Shown here piece by piece: positions 52,619 to 61,141 of a stretch of 64,000 bases of DNA. Position numbers and translations under genes: made by a program. The notes below the pieces were generated by a model that was given only the letters and a program-made list of their open reading frames with translations, made no database searches and was not told the origin of the DNA. The stretch lies in contig OY969581.1 in NCBI GenBank assembly GCA_963701265.1, forward strand, positions 2,002,372 through 2,066,371, written 5' to 3'. How positions within the stretch are numbered: the stretch's first letter is position 1; each line of letters starts with the position of its first letter. This stretch comes from an uncultured Solirubrobacterales bacterium. GTDB lineage: Bacteria > Actinomycetota > Thermoleophilia > Solirubrobacterales > 70-9.

Positions 52619-54246
52619 TCGAGATCAGCGTGATCATCGCCACCCACAACCGTCGTGAGCTGCTCGGCCGCTGCCTCGCGGCCCTCGACCAGCAGACGCT
52701 GGCGCCGGAGTCCTTCGAGGTGATCGTCGCCGACGACGGCTCCGAGGACGGCACCGCCGCGATGGTGGAGGAGCGCAGCAACCGCTTCGCGGTGCGCCTG
52801 CTTGGCCTCGCCAAGGGCGGCCAGCCCGCCGCCCAGAACGCCGCGATCGAGGCGGCGGAGGGTCGCCTCTGCCTCTTCCTCGACGACGACTGCATCCCGG
52901 CGCCCGGCTGCCTGGCCGGGCACGTCGAGGCCCACGCCGGCGAGCAGCGCCTGATCGGGATCGGCAACCTGACGCAGCAGGCTCCGGCGGCCAACGATTG
53001 GTACGCCCGCACCTTCGCGCAAGCGTGGAACGACCACTACGGTCGCCTGGCGGAGAAGCAGCCGAGCTGGACCGATTGCTACGGCGGCAACCTCTCGGTG
53101 CGGCGCGATGCGCTGCAGGAGGTCGGAGGCTTCTCGGTCGACCTCGGGGTCGAGGAGGACGCCGACCTCGCCTTCCGCCTCGACCGCGCCGGTTGCCGGC
53201 CGGTGTTCGTGGCCGCCGCCCACGCCGTCCACGACGACCAGAAGCTGCGCGGGCGGCTGCTCGAGGACTCGCGCCGCCAGGGCGCCGGCCACGTCAAGCT
53301 CGCGGCCCGCTACCCGGAGGCGCTGCCGAAGCTGCTCGGCTGGTTCAGCGAGCCGACCCCGCGCGACGTCGCCCTGCGGCGGCTCTGCCTCGCCCTGCGC
53401 GTTCCCCCAAGCCTCCTCGCCACTCTGGGCAGGCTGCTGCCGAGCGATGGCGGGCGCCTGCTCTGGTTCTACTTCGTCTCCCGCTACGCCTTCTGGCGGG
53501 GCGTGCGGCGCAGCGTCAAGCGCGAGTACTGGCTGCGCTTGACCCGGCGCGTGCCGGTGCTGATGTACCACTCCTTCGATCCCGGCGAGACCGGCGACCG
53601 CTACGTGCTCTCGCGCCGCTCCTTCGCCCGCCAGATGCGCCTGCTGGCCCTGCTGCGCTGCGAGGTGATCAGCTTCGAGCAGCTGGCCGAGGCGATGCGC
53701 AGCGGCCCCCCTCCCCCGCGGCGCGCGGTCGTGATCACGATCGACGACGGCTACCGCGACAACCTCGAGATCGCGGCGCCGATCCTGCGCAAGCACCGCT
53801 TCGGAGCAACCGTCTTCCTGGTCAGCGACCGAATCGGCGGTCGCAACGACTGGGACGATGAGGGTGTCGTCGTCGGCCGCCCCCTGCTCGACCTGGCGGA
53901 GATCGAGCAGCTGCGCGGCGCCGGGATCGAGCTCGGCGCCCACACCCGCAACCACCGACCGCTGCCGGAGCTCGGCGACGCCGACATCGGTGAGGAGATC
54001 GCCGGCTCGCGCAGCCAGCTCGAGCAGCTGCTCGGCATCCCGATCAAGACCTTCGCCTACCCCTACGGGCGCCGCGACGAGCGCGCCGTCGCCGCCGTCG
54101 CCGCGGCCGGCTACGAGGCCGCCTGCAGCACCCACCCGGTGCCGGCCCGGCTCGACGACGATCGCTTCCAGGTCCCCCGCATCGAGGTCCGCGCCGGCGA
54201 CTCGCTGCGGCGCTTCATGGTCAAGCTCTGTCGCGGCGGGCGCTGA
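52615..54246 (+). CDS. Bifunctional GT2 glycosyltransferase / NodB-type polysaccharide deacetylase fusion
   Basis: 543 aa. The N-half (ISVIIATHNRRELLGRCL...ADDGSEDGT...FLDDDCIPAPGC) is collinear with 51671..52618. The C-half has VPVLMYHSF, ITIDDGYRDN, GAHTRNHRPL and FAYPYG, which are NodB motifs. Confidence 0.85.
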   Translation: MIEISVIIATHNRRELLGRCLAALDQQTLAPESFEVIVADDGSEDGTAAMVEERSNRFAVRLLGLAKGGQPAAQNAAIEAAEGRLCLFLDDDCIPAPGCLAGHVEAHAGEQRLIGIGNLTQQAPAANDWYARTFAQAWNDHYGRLAEKQPSWTDCYGGNLSVRRDALQEVGGFSVDLGVEEDADLAFRLDRAGCRPVFVAAAHAVHDDQKLRGRLLEDSRRQGAGHVKLAARYPEALPKLLGWFSEPTPRDVALRRLCLALRVPPSLLATLGRLLPSDGGRLLWFYFVSRYAFWRGVRRSVKREYWLRLTRRVPVLMYHSFDPGETGDRYVLSRRSFARQMRLLALLRCEVISFEQLAEAMRSGPPPPRRAVVITIDDGYRDNLEIAAPILRKHRFGATVFLVSDRIGGRNDWDDEGVVVGRPLLDLAEIEQLRGAGIELGAHTRNHRPLPELGDADIGEEIAGSRSQLEQLLGIPIKTFAYPYGRRDERAVAAVAAAGYEAACSTHPVPARLDDDRFQVPRIEVRAGDSLRRFMVKLCRGGR

Positions 54247-54255
54247 GCGCCCGGC

Positions 54256-55518
54256 TCAAGAAGCGGGCAGGTACCAGCGGTGCGGCAGCACGACGTCACC
54301 TTCTGAGCCGGCGACCGGCATCGGACGCTCGCCGAGGATGCCCGGCTCGACGTCGAAGAAGGCGGCGGCCTGCAGACCGTGCTGGATCTGGCGGCGGCCT
54401 TTGAGCAAGAAGTCGATCCGGTAGCGACCGGGGAGCAGGGGCAGATCCTCGAGGTCGCACTCGATACGAGGACCGAGCTCGGGGTCGCGGACGTCGCTTG
54501 GCGCCGAGACGGTGCTGTCGAGCGTGGTCACCGGCTGGCCGAGGCTGTTGAGGATCGTGATCTGGCACTCCATCATCGGCAGCACTCCGGTCAGCTCGAG
54601 CACGATCTTCGCCGGCCTACCCCCCACCGCGACGCCTCTCTGGCCGCTGCGCGCGTCTTCCACCACCACGCTGCGAACGAGGATCTCACCCCAGGAGCTG
54701 CCGTCGTAGTCGGTGCGCTCGGTCAGGTCATCGGAGGCGGAGCTCTCCAGCGTGCGCAGGTAGCCGTCGATCGCTTCAGTGATCGGCGCATCGGCAATGA
54801 CCTTGCCCTGCTCGATCAGAACCCCGCGCTCACAGAGGGCCTGGATCACCGCCAGGTTGTGGGAGACGAAGACGACGGTGCGGCCCTCCTGGGCGACCTC
54901 GCTCATCTTCGCCAGCGACTTGCGCTGGAAGGCGGCGTCGCCGACGGCGAGCACCTCGTCGACGAGCAGGATCTCGGGCTCGAGGTGGGCGGCGACGGCA
55001 AAGGCGAGCCGCACCGACATGCCGCTCGAGTAGCGCTTGACCGGCGTGTCGAGGAAGCGCTCGATGTCAGCGAAGGCGACGATCTCGTCGAAGCGCCGGC
55101 GGATCTCGGCCCGGCGCATGCCGAGGATGGCACCGTTGAGGAAGATGTTCTCGCGACCGGTCAGCTCGGGATGAAAGCCGGTGCCGACCTCGAGCAGCGA
55201 GCCCGCTCGCCCGGTCACGTCGACCCAGCCCGTGCTCGGCTCGACGATGCGCGAGAGGATCTTCAACAGCGTGCTCTTGCCCGCCCCGTTGTGGCCAATC
55301 AGGCCGACCACTTCGCCGCTGCGGATCGTCAGCGAGACATCGCGCAGCGCCCAGAGCAGGTCGGCCTCCTGCTCCTCCTTGGTGCGCCGCGAGAGCTTGC
55401 CGAGCGAGCCCCGCACGGTGCTGATCAGGCTCTCGCGCAAGGTGTCGTAGCCGCGCGCGCCGAGGCCCAGCTTGTAGCTCTTGCCGAGCTCGTTGGCTTG
55501 TATCGCGATATCGCTCAT
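54256..55518 (-). CDS. wzt: ABC transporter ATP-binding protein, Wzt-like, with a C-terminal extension of about 170 aa
   Basis: Track ORF 54256..56277 trimmed to ATG (cat 55516-55518). 420 aa. Walker A GHNGAGKST, signature YSSGMSVRLAFA, Walker B ILLVDE. A beta-rich tail follows the NBD. Confidence 0.85.
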   Translation of the reverse strand: MSDIAIQANELGKSYKLGLGARGYDTLRESLISTVRGSLGKLSRRTKEEQEADLLWALRDVSLTIRSGEVVGLIGHNGAGKSTLLKILSRIVEPSTGWVDVTGRAGSLLEVGTGFHPELTGRENIFLNGAILGMRRAEIRRRFDEIVAFADIERFLDTPVKRYSSGMSVRLAFAVAAHLEPEILLVDEVLAVGDAAFQRKSLAKMSEVAQEGRTVVFVSHNLAVIQALCERGVLIEQGKVIADAPITEAIDGYLRTLESSASDDLTERTDYDGSSWGEILVRSVVVEDARSGQRGVAVGGRPAKIVLELTGVLPMMECQITILNSLGQPVTTLDSTVSAPSDVRDPELGPRIECDLEDLPLLPGRYRIDFLLKGRRQIQHGLQAAAFFDVEPGILGERPMPVAGSEGDVVLPHRWYLPAS

Positions 55519-55520
55519 GG

Positions 55521-56396
55521 CTAGATGTAGTCGGCGAAGCTGCGCTCGGTGCGGTCGAAGTAGGCGAGCCCGGCGATGAGGAGGACGAGGGCCGAGACCG
55601 CGGAGACGCCGATCAGCTCCAGCGGCGCGTCGGTGCCCAGCACCGCCCAGCGGAAGCCTTCGACCACGCCGACCATCGGGTTGATCGCGGTTAGCGTGCG
55701 CCAGGGCTCGTCGATCAGGCTGCTCGGGTAGACGACGGGGGTGGCGAAGAGCCAGATCTGGATCGCGAACGGGATCACGTACTTGACGTCGCGGTAGCGC
55801 ACGTTGATCGCCGAGAGGGCGGCCGTGGCGCCCAGCACGGTGGCGAGCATGATCACGATCAGGACCGGCAGGACGAGCACCGCCAGCGGCGGGACAAACC
55901 CGTAGATCAAGACGACGGCAAAGAGGATGACCAGCGAGATGCTGATGTCGACGAGGCCGGCGGCGATCGCCCCGGCGGGCATGAAGATGCGCGGGAAGTA
56001 GATCTTCGAGACCAGGGCCGAGTTGCTGACCAGGCTTTCGGAGCCGAGCAGCAGCGAGTTGGCGAAGAAGGTCCAGGGAACCAGGGCGGCGAGGCTGAAG
56101 AGCGCGTAGGGAAGCCCGTCCGAGGAGACCCCGGCGACCCGGCCGAAGATCAGCGAGAAGACGACCATGAAGCCGACCGGCTGCAGCACCGCCCAGGCGG
56201 CGCCGAGCCCGGTCTGGCGGTAGCGCACGGTCACGTCGCGGGCGGCGATTTGGTAGGCCAGGTCGCGATAGCGCCACAGCTCACGCGGCGAGAGCACGCG
56301 GCTGAAGCCGCTGGTCGCCTGCAGGCGGACCGTCTCGGCGTGCGGGGCAGCCTCGCTCGGCTGCGTAAGGGTCTCGGTAGTCACTGGCTGCTCCAT
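55521..56396 (-). CDS. wzm: ABC-2 type polysaccharide export permease, Wzm-like
   Basis: 291 aa. RELWRYRDLAYQIAARDVTVRYRQTGLGAAWAVLQP and six hydrophobic segments. It sits directly upstream of wzt. Confidence 0.85.
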   Translation of the reverse strand: MEQPVTTETLTQPSEAAPHAETVRLQATSGFSRVLSPRELWRYRDLAYQIAARDVTVRYRQTGLGAAWAVLQPVGFMVVFSLIFGRVAGVSSDGLPYALFSLAALVPWTFFANSLLLGSESLVSNSALVSKIYFPRIFMPAGAIAAGLVDISISLVILFAVVLIYGFVPPLAVLVLPVLIVIMLATVLGATAALSAINVRYRDVKYVIPFAIQIWLFATPVVYPSSLIDEPWRTLTAINPMVGVVEGFRWAVLGTDAPLELIGVSAVSALVLLIAGLAYFDRTERSFADYI

Positions 56397-56452
56397 CGGC
56401 GCGAGGCTACTCCGACTGAAGTTCTGCGCTTAACGCCTCAAACCTCGCCCCG

Positions 56453-57256
56453 CTACCCGCCGGAGGGATCGAGTCGGACACCGGCCAGGGTCAGCAAGCC
56501 GTCGCGGAGCAGACCGGGCCAGCCCGCCAGGGCGAGCTTGAGGCGCAGCTTGCGCGGGCTGTCGCTGGCATGGACCTCGACCCGGGGCACGGTGAAGGGA
56601 TCACTGCCTGGTTTGGGGTCGCCCCAGGCGGTGGTGAAGGCGACGCCGTAGCCGGCCTCGCGCACCGCGGACACCACTTCCGGGCTCCAGCGCCCGTAGG
56701 GGTAGGAGAAGCTGCGCGGGCGCGGCACGCCGGCGGCCTCGATCCGCTCCGCCGCCTCCACCGTCTCCCCCGCCAGCTCCGCCGCCGGAACCTCCGGCAG
56801 GGGCCGGTGGTTGAGCGTGTGCGAGCCGACCTCGATCCCGCTCGCCGCGACCGCCGCCAGGTCGCCGGGCGCGAGCAGCCGCAGGCTGGCGGCGCCCTTG
56901 TGGTGGTCCCAGTCGTTGGCGCCGCCGAGGTGGCCGGCGACGGCGAAGACGACGGCGGGAATCTCACGCTCGGCCAGCAGCGGGGCCGCCACCTCGAGCA
57001 GGTCGGTGTAGGCGTCGTCGAAGGTGACCAGGGCGGCGCGGCGGGGCAGCTCGCCCTCGCCGGCCAGCCAGGCAAGCACCGCGTCGAGGTCGACGAACTC
57101 CCAGCCGTGAGCGGCGAGGTCGTCGAGCTGGCCGGCGAAAAGCTGCGGCGAGACCCCGTACTCGGCCAGCACCGGATCGTCGCGCAGGTCGGCGATCGCG
57201 TGGTAGGCGAGAATGCGCAACCGCTCGATGTCAGCTCCCTTCTTCAGCGTCGTCAT
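56453..57256 (-). CDS. NodB-type polysaccharide deacetylase
   Basis: Track ORF 56453..57295 trimmed to ATG 57254-57256. An alternative TTG at 57218-57220 would give MRILAYHAI. Motifs: VTFDDAY, GSHTLNHRPL, FSYPYG. Confidence 0.8.
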   Translation of the reverse strand: MTTLKKGADIERLRILAYHAIADLRDDPVLAEYGVSPQLFAGQLDDLAAHGWEFVDLDAVLAWLAGEGELPRRAALVTFDDAYTDLLEVAAPLLAEREIPAVVFAVAGHLGGANDWDHHKGAASLRLLAPGDLAAVAASGIEVGSHTLNHRPLPEVPAAELAGETVEAAERIEAAGVPRPRSFSYPYGRWSPEVVSAVREAGYGVAFTTAWGDPKPGSDPFTVPRVEVHASDSPRKLRLKLALAGWPGLLRDGLLTLAGVRLDPSGG

Positions 57257-58178
57257 CACCACGTACAACCGCGCGCGGATCGTATGCCGCTGCATAGACA
57301 GCTGCCTGGCCCAGGACTTCGCGGACTTCGAGATCGTCGTCGTCGACGACGGCTCCGGCGATGAGACCGAGGCAACGCTGCGCGAGCGCTACGACGACCC
57401 CCGCCTGCGCCTCCTCGCCCACGAGGCCAACCGCGGCATCAACCCCGCCCGCCACACCGGCGCGACCAACGCCGTGGGCGAGTGGGTTGTCGTGATCGAC
57501 AGCGACGACGAGCTCCTGCCCGGAGCGCTGGCGAGGCTGCGCGAGCTGATCGAGGGGCTGCCGCCCGGGGTGCGGGTCCTGCGCAGCCGCCAGCTCCACG
57601 ACGACGGCCAGATCACCCCCGGCTTCGTCCCTGACGGCCCCTACGGCTACGAGGGCCGCGTCCGCTGGGCCGAGGCCGAGGGCGGCAGCGACGCCGCCCG
57701 CTGCCTGGCCCGGGCCGTCTTCGCCGACACCCCCTACATCGACGGCCGCCGCGGCGCGATGGAGACCCTCTTCGAGCTCAACCTGGCCGAACGCGAGACC
57801 AGCCTCTGCATCGAGGAGGTGACGACCAAGGTCCACGCCGACGCGCCCGACAGCTGGCTGCGCGCCGCCGGAGCCGCCGACGTCGTCCCCCGCCTGCAGC
57901 GCGAGGCCGCGGACATGCTCTGGATGGCCGAGACGACGCTCGAGCGCCACGGCGAGGCCCTGCAGCGCTGGGGCCCGCGCCAGTACGTGACCGTGCTGCG
58001 CATCGGCGCCACCCAGGCCTTCATCCTCGGCAAGCGCCGCCTCGGCGCCCGTTACTCGCTGCGAGCACTGCGCCGCAAACCGTTCTCCCCCGCCGCCTGG
58101 ATCACCCTCCTGCTCGGCCTACTGGGCCCCGGCGCCACCGCCCGCGGCGCCGTCGCCTACCGGCGTCTTGCCGCTTAG
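57213..58178 (+). CDS. GT2 family glycosyltransferase
   Basis: 321 aa. FFSVVITTYNRARIV...VVDDGSGDET...IDSDDEL. A second ATG at 57228 is an equally plausible start. Confidence 0.8.
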   Translation: MRNRSMSAPFFSVVITTYNRARIVCRCIDSCLAQDFADFEIVVVDDGSGDETEATLRERYDDPRLRLLAHEANRGINPARHTGATNAVGEWVVVIDSDDELLPGALARLRELIEGLPPGVRVLRSRQLHDDGQITPGFVPDGPYGYEGRVRWAEAEGGSDAARCLARAVFADTPYIDGRRGAMETLFELNLAERETSLCIEEVTTKVHADAPDSWLRAAGAADVVPRLQREAADMLWMAETTLERHGEALQRWGPRQYVTVLRIGATQAFILGKRRLGARYSLRALRRKPFSPAAWITLLLGLLGPGATARGAVAYRRLAA

Positions 58179-58194
58179 CTGAGCAGCACCAGCC

Positions 58195-58476
58195 TCACTG
58201 GACCGCCGAAGTGGCCCCTGGAGCCTTGACTGACCACAGGCGCCTCCAAGTAGCCTTGGTCACCTTCCGCGCCCCTAGGCCCAAGAGGACCAGTAGCGGC
58301 CCAAGGTCGACAAATACGGCGATCGCGAATGCAAACCTGTAACACCACATCGCCCGACGGTAGGGCCCGACTTTGGTGTAGTAGCCCCACGCGCCTGGAT
58401 CCCGCGGCTTGCGATCGCCCGGGCTGACAAGCTTCGGCGGACCCGGGAGGGCGGCGAGGGCGGGCTCTCCTGACAT
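58195..58476 (-). CDS. Hypothetical small protein with one hydrophobic segment
   Basis: 93 aa with an ATG start 9 nt after the stop of the upstream gene. One hydrophobic stretch (FAFAIAVFVDLGPLLVLLGLG). No SD and no family, so the call is weak. Confidence 0.3.
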   Translation of the reverse strand: MSGEPALAALPGPPKLVSPGDRKPRDPGAWGYYTKVGPYRRAMWCYRFAFAIAVFVDLGPLLVLLGLGARKVTKATWRRLWSVKAPGATSAVQ

Positions 58477-58485
58477 AGGAGCATT

Positions 58486-58941
58486 CTATATGGCGAGGAG
58501 CAGCGAAATCGTCTCAATACCCACAGCAAGGCTGGCGAGACGTGCATAGAGCTGAAGCTGCAGCAACGTGTTTTCGTTGAGGTCGTGATGACCATCCAAT
58601 GCCCTGGCCAAGAAGGCGGTCACATCCGTGACATTGGAGTTGGGACCAGCGTGGTCATCGAGAATGACGTCAGCCTTGAGGCGAAATACAAACCTTCGGG
58701 GCCAAAGAATTGCGAGGACGAGGCCAATAACCCCTACAAGCGCCGCAATCCCGACTGCCACCCAACCCGAAAGGGATCCTCCGTTTGCTTGAATCGCGTT
58801 CGGTCCGATGAAGGCGGCAACCAACGCCGCGGCTGATAGCAGCGTGGCCGATCTTGCCCGCAGGTCGGTGAGTGAGGCGTACTGCCGGTCCAGTGCAGCG
58901 AGTGCCGCGCCGTAAGCGAGATCCTCGATGCTATCTCCCAT
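58486..58941 (-). CDS. Hypothetical multi-TM membrane protein (2-3 TM) in a lower-GC islet
   Basis: Track ORF 58486..59016 trimmed to ATG (cat 58939-58941). 151 aa. An N-terminal amphipathic helix, then hydrophobic segments LLSAAALVAAFIG, WVAVGIAALVGVIGLVLAILW and a C-terminal LASLAVGIETISLLLAI. Confidence 0.5.
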   Translation of the reverse strand: MGDSIEDLAYGAALAALDRQYASLTDLRARSATLLSAAALVAAFIGPNAIQANGGSLSGWVAVGIAALVGVIGLVLAILWPRRFVFRLKADVILDDHAGPNSNVTDVTAFLARALDGHHDLNENTLLQLQLYARLASLAVGIETISLLLAI

Positions 58942-59156
58942 GATCTGCAAACTCGTCCCGATACTCCTCGTAAAGGGCCATAATCCTCCCCTTGGTTGTC
59001 CCGACCGAAGGGGCAATTCTAGTTCACGTAAGCAAACCGCTTTGAGGGTTCACCGTGTGGTGTCTGCGCCCTAGTCCGTGAACTAGTGTGCACCCGGGCG
59101 GATGCCGGGGTGCCCGTCAAGAGCGCCCCTACTTACGAGCAGCTTGTCGCTAGCCA

Positions 59157-59813
59157 CTACAGTGGGTCCGGCGGGCGGGTTGCGCGCACAAGCAGGCATC
59201 CACTGCGGGTGTCTTCGGTTGGCAGGTCGAACCCTGCCCAAATCGCCGCAGCAGCCAATAGGGAGAATGGCCTTTCCGTTTCCGCGGCTTTGGGGTCGCC
59301 GGGGTTCGGCAGCTGCTCGCAGAACGCCTGCACGCCGCTGCGGGCGTCGTCCTCGTGCGTCTCGCCCTTCGCCGCCCCGCTGACGAATGCCTCCCAGAGA
59401 AGCAGCCCGTCCTGCTGCTCGGCGAACGCCGGCCAGTCAAGGTGCACTCGAAGGTCGGGCACCTGCTCGTGGATGGACCGCAGGGTCCACGGGATCTGCA
59501 CCATTGCCGTCGCAAGGACCGATGCACCGACACTGCTCGACCACGACGGTGAAGGAGCGTCACAGGGCCGCGCCTTCCCAAGTCGACCCGGATCTTCCGG
59601 CACCGGAATGAACAACGGCGCCTCGAAGCCGAGGGCTACGGGAGCACCGTCGTGGAGAACTTGGGCAACCGAGGCCGCGAGCGACTCGATGCTCTTCGGC
59701 CGGTGGGACTCCATCCCGTCAGAGCCCGGGATTCGCCGCGCCCAGGCGAAGGCGTCGCGCGCGATTGACCCCACGTCGGCACAGAAGACCTGAAGCCTGT
59801 CAGTCCAGTCCAT
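59157..59813 (-). CDS. Hypothetical protein, DUF429-like (possible RNase H-fold nuclease)
   Basis: 218 aa. QVFCADVGS near the N-terminus and VALGFEAPLFIPVPEDPGRLGKARPCD resemble the G-x-D and D/E-A-P-L...R-x-C-D motifs I associate with DUF429. The assignment is from memory and not verified. The opposite-strand ORF 59086..59793 is Ser/Arg-rich shadow. Confidence 0.45.
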   Translation of the reverse strand: MDWTDRLQVFCADVGSIARDAFAWARRIPGSDGMESHRPKSIESLAASVAQVLHDGAPVALGFEAPLFIPVPEDPGRLGKARPCDAPSPSWSSSVGASVLATAMVQIPWTLRSIHEQVPDLRVHLDWPAFAEQQDGLLLWEAFVSGAAKGETHEDDARSGVQAFCEQLPNPGDPKAAETERPFSLLAAAAIWAGFDLPTEDTRSGCLLVRATRPPDPL

Positions 59814-59845
59814 CGGCTGAACCTACCGGTGCGAAGCTCGTCCGC

Positions 59846-61135
59846 TCAGGCCTCCTGTGGCGCGCGAAAAAGCAGGGGACGGAGCAGTGTCGCCAGCAGC
59901 ACCAGGGCGAGGATGGTCTGGCTGGCAGTCCAGACGTAGCCGACGGCGTCGATGCCGAGGCTGGGCAGGAGCAGGGCGCTGAGGCCGAGCACGGCGATGC
60001 AGTGGGCGCCCTGGATCGCGACGACAATACGGCCGCGGTGTTCGATCCGGGCGACGCTGATGCCGAGGGTGACGATCGCGTTGGGGACCATTCCCAGCGC
60101 CAGCAGGCGCAGCAGCGTGGCGCCTTCGTCGGCGTAATCGCTGCCGAAGACCAGCAGCGCCCAGGGGGCGACGATCGCCGCCAGCGCCGCGATCGGGATG
60201 ACCAGGCGCAAGGTCTGCCGCAGCGCCCGTCGCGAGAGCTCGCGCAGGCGGTCCATGTCGCTGGCCGCCTCGACAGTAAGCGAGGTCATCACATTGAGCG
60301 CGACCAGCTCGATCGCCAGCGAGACCATCCAGGGGACGAAGAAGTAGGCGGCGGCGGCGGGGCTCGCCTGGTTGGCGACGAGGATCGGCATGTAGAGGTT
60401 GCCGGCGAGGGTGAAGAGCTTGCCGGCGTAGTTGCCGGTCGCCATCGAGAGCAGCTTGCTGCGGTCGAGCGTGCCCTCGCTGGGCGAGGTCGGGATCAGC
60501 CGCTTGAAGATCAGGACGTTGACGACGACGACCGCGACGGCCAGCGGTGCGGTCCAGGCGACGAAAGGTCCCGAGCCGGTCAATGTCGTCGCCAGCACGA
60601 TCAGCAGCAGCAGCTTGGCCAAGGCGTAGAGCGCGTTCTCCAGCGGGATCCACTTGGCCGCCTTGAGCCCGGTGAGGACGCTGTCCTGGAGGGTGAAGAT
60701 CGTCGTCGCGCCGGTGGCGAGGACGAAGCCAAGCAGCCAGCCGCCGCCGGAGAGGAAGCTCAGCTCCGGCGACCAGACGCTGCTGGTGAGGGCGGCGAGC
60801 AGGCCGAAGGTGAGCGCCAGCGAGATCGTCAGCGCGTAGCTGCGGCTGACCAGGCGCCGGGTTGAGCCGCCGGCCACAGGCAGGTAGCGCACCAGCACCG
60901 CCGAGAGGCCGAGGGTGGAGGCTTCGGCGACCAGGGTCATCGCCGAGATCGCCGCCGCGTTGAGGCCGACGACGCGAGCGCTGTAGGAGTGGGCGGCGAG
61001 CGCCCAGAAGGCGACCCCGAGCAGGCTCGTCACCCCGGTGCCGAGGATCAGGTAGTAGCCGGTGCGGTAGAGCGGGTCGCTGAGATGCTCGCGCAGACGG
61101 CCGCGGCCGCTGAGGCCAGATTCGGTGCTCGCCAC
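59846..61135 (-). CDS. wzx: MOP/PST-family polysaccharide flippase (Wzx-like)
   Basis: 429 aa with about 12 hydrophobic segments, in the style of 'polysaccharide biosynthesis protein' family members. Confidence 0.75.
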   Translation of the reverse strand: MASTESGLSGRGRLREHLSDPLYRTGYYLILGTGVTSLLGVAFWALAAHSYSARVVGLNAAAISAMTLVAEASTLGLSAVLVRYLPVAGGSTRRLVSRSYALTISLALTFGLLAALTSSVWSPELSFLSGGGWLLGFVLATGATTIFTLQDSVLTGLKAAKWIPLENALYALAKLLLLIVLATTLTGSGPFVAWTAPLAVAVVVVNVLIFKRLIPTSPSEGTLDRSKLLSMATGNYAGKLFTLAGNLYMPILVANQASPAAAAYFFVPWMVSLAIELVALNVMTSLTVEAASDMDRLRELSRRALRQTLRLVIPIAALAAIVAPWALLVFGSDYADEGATLLRLLALGMVPNAIVTLGISVARIEHRGRIVVAIQGAHCIAVLGLSALLLPSLGIDAVGYVWTASQTILALVLLATLLRPLLFRAPQEA

Positions 61136-61141
61136 GCCGCC

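Noticed and set aside
59086-59793. 235-aa plus-strand ORF overlapping the DUF429-like gene
   Set aside because: Its composition is Ser/Arg/Ala/Cys-rich and typical of a shadow frame. The minus-strand ORF has balanced composition and recognisable motifs.
58179-59845. Annotating the lower-GC islet as a mobile element or prophage remnant
   Set aside because: I saw no integrase, transposase or recombinase motifs, no tRNA target and no flanking direct or terminal inverted repeats. Only compositional deviation and orphan genes support foreign origin, so it is reported as a finding and not as a mobile_element feature.
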